Shown piece after piece: positions 16,426 through 27,900 of a stretch of DNA of 34,684 bases; the first letter of the stretch is position 1, and every line of letters starts with the position of its first letter. Under the pieces are notes generated by a model, which was not told the origin of the DNA, ran no database searches, and saw nothing but the letters and a program-made list of their open reading frames with translations. The DNA comes from an uncultured Clostridia bacterium (GTDB lineage Bacteria; Bacillota; Clostridia; TANB77; CAG-508). The position numbers were made by a program, and so were the translations under genes. The stretch spans positions 1-34,684 of the forward strand of contig CATJZH010000135.1 of assembly GCA_949746285.1 (NCBI GenBank), read 5' to 3'.

Positions 16426-17709
16426 ATGTTTAAAAATAAACGTTCATATTTAGTTCCGATAATAGGATTTGCATTCATAATTTTAATTTCTACAATAGTA
16501 CTTTGTTTACCAATATGTAATTATAAACCAATAAGCTTTAGAGATGTTTTATTTACAGCTACATCAGCACTTACAACAACAGGATTTACTAAATCAGCTT
16601 TGCAAACACAATTTAATTTCCTAGGACAGGCTATTCTTGCAATACTTATGGAAATAGGAGCAATGGGCTTTGTTATTTTTATATCTTATTTTTTAAGTGT
16701 AAGAAATAAAAAAATAAGAATGTCAGATATAATCTTAATAAACGATAATATAAGTGGTGATAGTTATGCTTCTATAAAAGAGCATTCAATATTTATTGGA
16801 AAACTTATGCTTAAAGTACAATTAGCAGGAATTATTTTTTTGGCATTAAGATTTATTCCTATGTTTGGAATAGGAAGAGGGATTTGGTATAGCATTTTTC
16901 ATACAATATCTGCATTTAGTAATACAGGATTTACTTTATTTGAAGGAGAAAGTTTAAGCTATTTTGCAAGTGATATATATGTTCAAATAGTTTTAATAGT
17001 ACTTATGATTTTAGGAAGCATAGGAATATTAGTAATTGAAGATTTAAAGAAAAACAGGCATAAAAGATTTAATAGATTAAAGTTGCAAACAAAAATAGTT
17101 TTGACATACACAATAGGATTATTATTTGTTCCAATGTTTATAATGAAAATGTTAGACCCAACATTATCATTACTAAATTGTTTGTTTATGTCTACTACAA
17201 CAAGATCAACAGGATTTGCAATTACAAATGTATCAAAATTATGCATGGAAAATCAAGCAATGCTTATGATACTTATGTTTATAGGTGGGTCACCAACATC
17301 AACTTCAGGTGGTGTTAAAATAATAACAATAGCAATATTACTTTCAACAGTAATATCAACATTAAGAGGAAAAGAAGAAACAGTAATGTTTTGGAAAAGA
17401 ATACCAGATTCTAGTATAAGAAAAGCATTTTCTATATTGATGGTTTTTGTTATTGTATTGGCAGTAACTTGTACAATATTCTATCATTTAGATAATATAG
17501 GAATATTTAATATTATATTTGAAAGTATTTCGGCAATAACAAATACAGGTTTAACTGTTACAGATTATAATACTTTAAAGATAGGTGGAGAAGTGATAAT
17601 AATGTTCTTAATGTATGTAGGAAGAGTAGGACCTTTAACAATGGTACTTGCAGTAATAAATAAAGATAGAAAAAATATAAAATATCCAAGTGAAGACGTA
17701 ATATTATAA
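16426..17709 (+). CDS. ktrB: TrkH/KtrB family K+ uptake membrane subunit
   Basis: 427 aa polytopic membrane protein. Repeated selectivity-filter-like TTGF/NTGF/STGF/NTGL motifs typical of the Trk/Ktr/HKT superfamily. Followed by a TrkA-N gene. Confidence 0.88.
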   Translation: MFKNKRSYLVPIIGFAFIILISTIVLCLPICNYKPISFRDVLFTATSALTTTGFTKSALQTQFNFLGQAILAILMEIGAMGFVIFISYFLSVRNKKIRMSDIILINDNISGDSYASIKEHSIFIGKLMLKVQLAGIIFLALRFIPMFGIGRGIWYSIFHTISAFSNTGFTLFEGESLSYFASDIYVQIVLIVLMILGSIGILVIEDLKKNRHKRFNRLKLQTKIVLTYTIGLLFVPMFIMKMLDPTLSLLNCLFMSTTTRSTGFAITNVSKLCMENQAMLMILMFIGGSPTSTSGGVKIITIAILLSTVISTLRGKEETVMFWKRIPDSSIRKAFSILMVFVIVLAVTCTIFYHLDNIGIFNIIFESISAITNTGLTVTDYNTLKIGGEVIIMFLMYVGRVGPLTMVLAVINKDRKNIKYPSEDVIL

Positions 17710-17722
17710 AAGGAGGAGAGTC

Positions 17723-18154
17723 ATGAGAAAACAATGTGTAATAGTTGGATTAGGAAAATATGGAACAAGTATTGCTAAAAAATTGTCAGACTCTAAAATA
17801 GAAGTTTTAGCAATTGATAGTGATATAAAAGTAGTAGAAAAAGTTAGTAATTATGTTACAAAAGCTATATGTATAGATGTAACTTCTGAAGAATCTTGGA
17901 GTAAAGTTCCATTAAAAGATTTTGATGTAGGAGTAGTATGTTTTGGTGAAAATCTTACAGCTAGTATAATATCATGTATGGAACTTCAAGATGCTGGAGT
18001 AAAATATATTATAGCTAAAGCAGGTGATAAACACCATAAACAAATTCTTCAAAAATTAAACATAGACGAAGTAGTATTTCCAGAAGAATTTGTTGGAGAA
18101 ATTACAGCAGAAAATATATTACAAATGGAAGAACAGAAAAAATTGAAATCTTAG
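17723..18154 (+). CDS. ktrA: TrkA/KtrA-like RCK_N (NAD-binding) subunit lacking an RCK_C domain
   Basis: 143 aa. Rossmann motif VGLGKYG. Sits next to ktrB. RBS aaggagg. The protein ends at the usual RCK_N/RCK_C boundary. Confidence 0.82.
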   Translation: MRKQCVIVGLGKYGTSIAKKLSDSKIEVLAIDSDIKVVEKVSNYVTKAICIDVTSEESWSKVPLKDFDVGVVCFGENLTASIISCMELQDAGVKYIIAKAGDKHHKQILQKLNIDEVVFPEEFVGEITAENILQMEEQKKLKS

Positions 18155-18181
18155 GATTATCGAGAAAGGAATGAAATTAAA

Positions 18182-18697
18182 ATGAGTGAAAAATTAGTAA
18201 ATGCAATATTAGGTGCATTTGGTGGACTTACAGCAATAGCATATGGCAAAGAAATATTAGTATTTATAATATCTTTAATGCCAATACTAGAATTAAGAGG
18301 AGGACTTATTGCAGCAGCACTATTGGGATTGGATCCAATTCCAAGTTATATAATAAGTATAATAGGAAATATAATTCCTGTACCATTTATTTTATTGTTA
18401 ATAACAAAAATATTAAAATGGATGAGAAATAGTAAATATTTCAAAGGATTTGCTAACTGGTTAGATTCAAAAGTAGAAAAACATAAAGGACAAATAGAAA
18501 AATATGGATATTTAGGTGTTGTTCTATTTGTTGGAATACCACTTCCAGGAACTGGAGCGTGGACTGGTTCTTTAATTGCTTCTGTGCTTGAAATGGATAG
18601 AAAGAAAACTTTTATAGCTGTTCTTGCAGGTATAGTTATGGCAAGTATTATAATGATGATTCTTTCTTTTGGATTAATTGCAAATGTAATAGGATAG
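18182..18697 (+). CDS. Small integral membrane protein (COG2426, putative small multidrug export family-like)
   Basis: 171 aa with 4-5 TM helices. Motifs PILELRGG and GIPLPGTGAWTG are typical of that family, recalled from memory. Confidence 0.65.
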   Translation: MSEKLVNAILGAFGGLTAIAYGKEILVFIISLMPILELRGGLIAAALLGLDPIPSYIISIIGNIIPVPFILLLITKILKWMRNSKYFKGFANWLDSKVEKHKGQIEKYGYLGVVLFVGIPLPGTGAWTGSLIASVLEMDRKKTFIAVLAGIVMASIIMMILSFGLIANVIG

Positions 18698-18733
18698 TAA
18701 TAAATATATAAAACGTTTTCCAATTTACCACTA

Positions 18734-18772
18734 AGCTTTTTTATGTTTTAGTAACATAAGAAAGCTTTTTGT
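18734..18772 (+). terminator. Rho-independent terminator
   Basis: 14-bp stem, agcttttttatgtt (18734-18747) with aacataagaaagct (18753-18766), one G-U pair, 5-nt loop, then ttttgtt. Confidence 0.75.
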
Positions 18773-18969
18773 TATGTTAAAGTAATTAAAAATATATATA
18801 AGTTATAAATCATGTGTCCCTACTAAATACTTAAAAAGCATTGAAAAATGTAAGAAATTTGTTATTTACTTTATATGTTTTAACAAAGTATAGTAGTATT
18901 AGATAATTAGGCGTTTAACTTTGAAAGAGAGGAAAATAGCATTAATAGGTCTTAAATTGGAGGAAGAAA

Positions 18970-21900
18970 ATGGAAAAGAAGTTTATGATTAATTTTAGTA
19001 GGAAGCAAAAAGTAAGTATTTTTATTATATTTACAATTATAGTTTTATTCATAATAGGAGTTTTAAACTATAAAGATAATAAAACCAATAGTATTGCTGC
19101 AAATAGTGAAATGGCTAGAACCTTAACATATGCAGAAGCTCAAGATGGAGATGAAGATATTAAAAATACTGAAAATGTGAAATTTGATGCGTTCTTTTTG
19201 CAGGACTTAGATGGAGATGGGAATGCAGAAAAAATAAGAGGTACTTGCAAAGAGGTAGGAAAAGAAGATACTTTATATATGGAACTAAAAGTACAGACAG
19301 AAGGATATTTAGAAAATGCTCGTATTGAAATAAATGGAAAAAACTTTTATTTGCAAACTTCTTTACCAAAAGATTCTGAACTTAAATATAATTATATAGG
19401 TAATAATATAAAAGAGCTAGAATTTAATACAATAAATAGTGGTAGTCAAAAAGTAATAACAGGAATTGTACGAAGTGGAGATTATAATTATGATTCAAGA
19501 ATTGCAGATGCAATAGGAAATAATATAAATAAGTATAGTAAAGTAAATGATGTAAAATTAACAGGGACTTATGTAGGTCAAGATGGAGCTAGAACTTATA
19601 TAGAGAAAAATGTAGAATTTAATGTAGATTGGTATGGAACAATAGATACCAATATTTATTCAACAAGTCAAAATAGAAATATAACTGAAATGATAAATAA
19701 AGAAGAAGGAACAATAAGTTTTAATTTCGATATATATACTGAAGATAGAGAAGAAAAGTTGTTATTAAAATCTAATCATATAGAAGGAGAGATACCAGAG
19801 ATAAATGGATATTTGCCAATAGAGGTAAAGTATTTGGGTAAAAATGATAGATTTAATTATGATGAAACAACTAGAAAATTTATAATAGATAGAGAAACAG
19901 AAATTATACATGATGAAGTACTAAAAACAACTATGGATTCAAGAAACAAGTATGAGATGAAAATAGTGTATTCAATAGAAGCATATGAGAGTGTTGGAAA
20001 AGAATCAATTCAGTTGCAAATACCAGTAAAAACATACTATAAAGGCTATAACAATCCTAATATAGAATTTAATAACCCATACATAAGTAACATCGAAAGT
20101 TCGACAATTGTATTGGATTGTAATGTGCCACCTACTGTGACAGATCAAACATATAGAACCAACTTTAATGTGAAAGTAGGAAGATATATTTGGAATGATA
20201 TGTCATATTTAGTATTAAAAGATAAACCATTAAATTTATATAATGGAAATAGTGAAGAAGAAAATGATGATACATATAAAGTAATGTGGAAAGTTTTTAT
20301 TGGAACTGAAGAAAAACTAGATTCAATTATAATGAAAGAAACAGCAAATGGAGAGGAAAAACAGTCAGACAAATTTATAAAAAAAGATAGTACAATAGAA
20401 AGTATGGAAGATGTGACATCAAATGTAGGAATATATTTTTATGGGGCTGATACTATATTAGGAGATGATGGATGGATAAAAATATATGATGACGAAACTG
20501 ATACTTTATTAGAAACATTTACAAAAGATACTTGGAACAAATATAAAGAAGAAAACCCATACAGATATGAATTACCAGTAAAACATATAAGAATTGAAAC
20601 AAGTAAGGCTATAAAAAACGAGAGTTATCTAACAGTATATAATATAAAAGAATTAGATGATGAAAAAATAATTCAAAAATATGAAAAGAACGAATTTGAT
20701 GGATTACAACATATAAGCTCAAGATTAGTTGGATATGTGGGAAATACAGAAATTGAAAAAGTTTCTCATACAGCGAAATATGTGGCTCCAGAATCAGAAG
20801 CGACAGTATTTATTAGTAGAGATAAATTATCAACTCAAGAATCAGAAAAGAATATTGATATATATATACAAACTATTGCAGATGATAATAAAAATGAAGT
20901 AAGATGGAAAAATGGTTCATTTTTATTAAGACTACCAGAAGAACTTATAGATGTAAAATTAAATGAAATTTCAATAAATAATACAAATGTTAGTTTAGAA
21001 AGCTATGAATTAGTAAAGGAAAATGGACAGTATTTTATAAAAATATTGACAGAAAATGAGACTCCTCAAACGTACACAATAAGGATAAATTTAGATTTAA
21101 CTGCCAACCCAAGAATGTCAACAGCAACAAGAAATATAGAATTATATGCAACAAATGAAAAAAATAGTGATTATTATTATAAAACATCAGATATTTATGA
21201 TGTAAATAATAACTTAAATACAGAAGAGCAAGTATATTATAATATAGTTAGTATAAGTATGATATCACCAAATTCATTATTAACTACACAGATAGCTAGT
21301 AATTATGATGAGAATGGAAGTATTGCGTTAGCACCACAGATAATAGAATTAGAATATAGATATGATTTAGAAAATGAAAAAACAGTAGATATAGGAATAG
21401 ATGTAATAAATAATTATAGTAATACAATAAGTGAAGTATCAATAATTGGAAAGATACCTTTTGAAGGTAATACTTTTGTATTAAGTAAAAATAATTTAAA
21501 TTCTGAATTTAGTACAAGAATGACAGAAGATGGATTAAGAATACCAGAAGCAATGAAAGATGAAATAAAAGTATACTATTCAGAAAATGAAAATCCAGAT
21601 AAAGATTTAAGCAAAGCTGAGAATGGCTGGAAGACAAAAGATGAAGTGAAGAATTGGGATACAATAAAGAGCTTTTTTATAGATTTCCAAAATTACATAA
21701 TGGATATAGGAGAAAAGGTTGAATTCGGATATACTATAAAGATACCAAAGAAGACTGAATTAAACAAAACATCATATAGCCATCATGGAATAGAGTTTTG
21801 CTTAGATACAGAACAGGGAAAATATAGAACTAGTATAGAACCAAACAAATTAGGAATTAGATTAACAAAAAAATATAATTTTGAATTACAAAAATACCAA

Positions 21901-24900
21901 GAAAATAAAGAAAAATTAATATCAAAAGTAAAATATTCTATAAAAGAAATAAGTATAGATAAAGATGGAAATGAAAAACAAGAAGTAATAAAAACAGATG
22001 TAACAAATTCAGAAGGAAAAATACAATTAAGTAATTTAGCAGTAGAGAAAATATATGAAGTAAAAGAAATAAAAGCGCCAGAGGACTATGAATTAAATTC
22101 AGATGCTATCAGGTTTATTTGTCATATGAATGAAGATGGAAGCATAACTATCGAAAAGTTAAATGGCGAAACTCGAGAAGAAATTGCTATAGAAAAAGAT
22201 GAAGTTAATAATTATAAAGTAGTATTAAAATTAGAAGATAAAGTGAAAGCTAGATTAAAAATTACGAAAAAAGAATTAGGAACAGAAAATAGAGTGGAAA
22301 AGGCTTACTATAAAGTAACTGGAGAAGGACTACCACAAGGTGGAAAAATTTTATCTACTAATAAAGATGGAGAACTTACTTTTGTAGGACTTAGTATAGG
22401 TGAGGAATATGTATTGCAAGAAGTAAAGGTAAGTGGATATTATTTGTCAAGTCCAGTTACATTTAAAATACTAAAACAAGACGAAAGTTATGAAGTTGAA
22501 ATACTAGATGGAGAGGTACTCAAAGAAAGTTTTTCAGAAGAAGATAATATACCAGTTTTAAATATTGTATTAGAAGATGAAAAAATACCAACATATAATT
22601 TAGAAGTCACAAAAATAAAAAGAATAGAAGAGACAACATTAAGCAAGACAGTAGAAGAAAATTCTTCTACTGAAGAAACAACATATTTAGAGGGAGCAAA
22701 ATTTAAATTATATAAAGGAAAACAAGAAATAGGCGAATATGTTACAGATAGTACAGGTAAGATAACAATTACAGGATTATATTTATATGAAGAAGGACGA
22801 AATATAAATCAAACATATACTTTAAAAGAAGTATCAGCACCACAAGGATATACTAAAGTAAAAGATATAACATTTAGAGTGCAAAATAATAATGGAAGCT
22901 TACAATATATAGAAGAACTAAGTTCAGGACAAACAGAAAAAGCATATACAGTAGAGGAAAATACTGTAAAACTTATAATAGAAGATACACCAGCGTTTAA
23001 ATTAGTAAAAAAAGATTTTGAGACAAAAATGCCAGTAGCAAATGTAAAATTTGCAATTTATAACGTAGATGTTGAAGAAGTACCAGCAAAAAATAACAAA
23101 AATGAAATTTTAGGAACGAAAGAGATTGTAAACGGAAAAGAGTACTATACACTAACAACAAATGAAAATGGAGAAATAATAGCAGAGTTACCAGAAGGTA
23201 TATATAAAGCTGTTGAAATAGAAGCTCCTGAGAAATATGATGTTACAGATACGATTCAATATTTTGGAATAGGTACTTCAATAGAAGGAAACAAGTCATT
23301 AGAGAAAATATGGTCAAAAGAAATATTAACTAATTCTGGTGATCAAATAGTATCAGCGAAAGAAACATCTGATGGAGGAATTATAATAGCAGGAAACTTT
23401 AGGAGTAATATAATAGATTTAGGAAATGATGTTATATTAACTAAAAAAGTTGCCACATATTATACTGCTGGAATGGTAATTAAATATAGTCAAGACAAAG
23501 AAGTTGAATGGGCTAAAGCAATAGAAAGTGATTCTAATGTTTATATAAATTCTGTAAATGAAACAACAGAGGGGAATATATTAGTAGGTGGATCTTTTAA
23601 TGGCAGAGGTATGATAGCAGAATATAGTAGCAAAGGTGAAGAAATTTGGGGTAACTTAACTATAGGAATAGATATAAGTTTTATACAGGGAACTGCTGAT
23701 AAAGGAATAGTAATAGCAGGAGAACTAAAAGACTATTGTAAAGATTTTGGAATAGAACCAATAGGTAAAAATAATGGATTTATAGCTAAATATGATAACA
23801 GTAAAGAGTTACAATGGGCAAAAGTAGTAGGAGGAAGTAAATCAGATTATATTAATTCACTATCAGAAACATCTGATGGAGGAATATTAGTAGGAGGATA
23901 TTTCACATCAAGTGAGATAGAATTAGAAGAAAATGTAGTTTTAGAAAATACAAGTTCTTGTAATGGAATGATAATAAAATATAATACTTTAGGAAGTGTA
24001 GATTGGACCAAAACAATTGGAGGAAGCGATACACGTATAAAATCGGTACAAGAGACAAATGATAATGGGTATATAGTAGCAGGATATTTTCGAAGCCAGA
24101 CTTTGGATTTAGGCAATGGTACAATTTTGGAAAAGGTAAGCGGATATAATACTGAAATGGTAATAAAATATGATATGGCTTTAAATGTAGAGTGGGCAAA
24201 AACAGAGGGTGAAGGAATTAATATTTTTATAGAAGAAGCAGATGATAATGGATTTGTATTATATAATGGAAGTATAATAAAATATAATAGCATAGGAGAA
24301 ATTGAATGGAAAAAGGAAATAAAAAGTAATGTAAATTCATTATTGGAGTTAACATCTTCTGAATGTTTAATTATAGAAGATAAAGCAATATCTAAATATA
24401 GTTTTTGTGATATACCAGAAGTAAAAGTTGAAAGAAGAGAGAATGCAGATATTTCAATAGAATCTATGATAAACAATGGTATTAGCGGATATATAGCGGG
24501 AGGATACTTTGAAGATACAATTGATTTAGGCAATGGAATAATATTAGAGTCAAATGGAGGATTAGATGCAGCGATAATTAAGTACTCTAGTATGGGAAAT
24601 GTAGAATGGGCAAGAACAATTGGAGGAGAAGAAGTAGAACAAATTAATTATATAACATCAACAAGTGACAATGGTGTAATAGCTGTAGGATATTTTACAA
24701 GTTTATCAATTGATTTAGGAAATAATATATTTTTAGATTTAACGGATGATGATTTAACAAGAATGGTTATAAAATTTAATAGTAATGGAGAAACAGAATG
24801 GGCAAAGGCAATAGGAAATAGTTGGAGTGACAAAATTGACTCAGTATTAGAAACAAAAGATGGAGGAATACTGGTATCAGGACAGTTCTATGCAGATCAA

Positions 24901-27900
24901 ATTGATTTAGAAGATGGTATAGTATTAGAAAGAAAAAATGAAGAAGCAGGAATGATAATTAAGTATGATGCCAAAGGTAAGTTAGAATGGGCAAATACAG
25001 TGGAAATAAGTTCTCGAAATGGAATAGATACTATTATTGAGACAAAAGATGGAGGTTATGCAATTACAGGAAATTTTTCACACGGAACATATGACTTAGG
25101 AAATGGAGTAGTATTAAATTGTGCAGGTGCTAGAGCAGGAATGTTAATAAAATGTGATTCAAATGGAAATATACAATGGGCAAAAGCTATAGGAGGAGAG
25201 AAAGAAAATGAACTATTATCAATAGTAGAAACGTCAGATGGAGGTTATATAGTATCTGGATATTTAGGTACGGGAAAAATAGACTTTGGAAATGGAATAG
25301 TTCTAAATGGATCAAATAATTATTATTCAGGAATGCTAATAAAATTTAGTAATTTAGGAGAAGTTGAATGGGCAAGAAATAGTGAAGAGGTAAATTCAAT
25401 ATTGCAAGATTCAGATGGAGGAATTGTAGTATCAACATTTTCTGGTTTATTTAAATATAGTACTGAAGGTAAATTAGAATGGTCAAACGATTTTGAAACA
25501 ACTTCAGCAATAAGAATATTTGATGGAACTTATTTAGTAAGTAATTATGGAGAAGTATTAAGAGTAAGAGCAGGTATAGGGATTTCAGAAACTCAAGAAC
25601 TAATAGTAGAGAATAAAAGAAAAGAATTTGCAATTTCAACAGGAGTAAAAAAGATAGGCGAAACAAAAGGGGGAGACATTTCAGGAGAGAACTTAAAGGT
25701 ATATGAAAGAGTAAAATATGGTGATAACAGTAAAAAAGAAATAATAATGACACCAGATAAAGGATATGAAATAATTGCAATTACAGTAAATGGAGAAAAA
25801 CACGTATTTACTCAAAATGAAGATGGAACATATACAATGCCAGTTATTCAAAACATAACAGAAGACCAATATATTGAAGTAAGTTATGGTATAAAATACG
25901 AAGATATTATTGATGACAAAAATAATAATATAATAGTTATAAATAAAATAGATAGTAAAACCAAAGAACCAATACCAGAAGTAACTTTTAAAATTGAAGA
26001 AGTTAAAAAAAGAGAAGGACTAGAAAATGCAATTGGAAATCCAGTAGGTAATGGAAGAGGTGTCCAAGGTGTTGATTATAAAAACCCAGAAAATATTGAA
26101 GAGACTATGGTACAAAATGGAGATTATTATTTTATAGAAAATAATGGGACTTACATACCAAATAACTCAGATACACAAGGTACTGTAGCAAACTCATATA
26201 TTCCAATAGATTTACGTAATAAAGATAAAGAATATGCAGTTGTTGTAAATGGAGAAATGGAATGTGATGGAAATGCTTTATTATATGCATCTATATCAGG
26301 AGATACAAATGCACCAGGATGGGGAAATATTATGGATGTGCGATATTCTGCTGCAGCACAAAATTATTACATATATTTACCACCAGGAAATTTATACTAT
26401 TTACATTTAGGATATGAAAATAGTACTAATAATTTAAGTAATGTAAAAATAAATAGTATACAGGTTTGTCCAGTAAAAGAAATTGCATATGAGTTTATAG
26501 AAAAAGATGGAAAATATGAACCAAACAATAAAGGAATTGATGATACTTGTGCAAATTCTTATATACCAATTGATTTATCAGGTTGTACAGGAAAATATAA
26601 TTTAACAATAAATGCTCAAGTATCAAGTGATTTAGATGGAGATATCGGTTATATGAGTATAACTGAAAGTCCATATAGGATTGATTATAGAAATGCAGAA
26701 ATATGTTTATCTGGAAATGTTGAAGCGAAAGATTATAATTTTGAACTTTCAGGAGGAAAAATATATTATTTACAGTTAGGATATTATAAAAATTCGTATT
26801 ATTCTTGGGGGGATGATTCTTTAATAATAAATAGTTTAAATCTAACTCCAATAGATTCTAGTGAATATAGCATAGAGGTTCAAACAAATAGTGAAGGAAA
26901 AGCAATTGCACAGATACCTTTTGGAACATATAATATAAAAGAAATTGCAGCTCCTGAAAAATATTTGCTAGCAGATGAAATTATGACAATAGACTTTGCA
27001 CTAGATGGGCAAAAAGAGTTTACAATTGAAAATACAGTAGCATCAGAAGTAATAGCTCATCATTATAAAGCAAACAGAAATGCAGAAGGAAATTATGAAT
27101 ATACAGAAGAAAAAATTGTCGAAGACAATATAACTAGAGGTAAGGTTGGAGAAAAATATATAACAGCACCAAAACTAGACTTAGAAAAATATGAATTAAT
27201 AAAAGATGAAAATGGAAATTATGATATTCCAAAAAATGCAACAGGAACATATGGAGAAGATACAATAGAAGTAAACTATTATTATGCAGAAAAAGAGATT
27301 CCACTTACTGTATATCATTATATTGAAGGAACCAATATAAAAGTTCCATTAATGGATGGAACTGAAGCTGAAGAAGAGGTAAGCTACGGAAAAGAAGGAG
27401 AAGAATATGTAACAAATGGTCTTGCTAATGATAGGTTATCTAATGAATATGAATTAGTGGAAGAGGCAGAAAATAAATCAGGAGTATATAAAGTAACAGA
27501 AGTATTTGTAACATATTATTACAAAAAGATTGAAAGAAACATTACTATAGTTAAATATGCAGAAGATGGACAAACACCACTTCAAGGAACCAAATTTAAA
27601 ATAAAACCCAAAAATCAAGAAGAAGCTACAGAAGAAACATATGTAACAGATGTACAAGGAAAAATAAGAATTACTTTAGAAGCTGGAGAATATGAACTAA
27701 TAGAAGTAGAACCTTCAGAAGGATACATGCTTCCAGAAAATCCAATAACAAATATAAATGTAACAAGAGAAACAGAAGATGAAACAAAAATAACATTAAC
27801 AAATGAAAGAGCAAGAGGACAAGTTATAGTACATTATTATTTAGAAGGTACAACTGAAAAAATAATTGAAGATGAAATAAAAACTGGTGTAATAGGAGAA

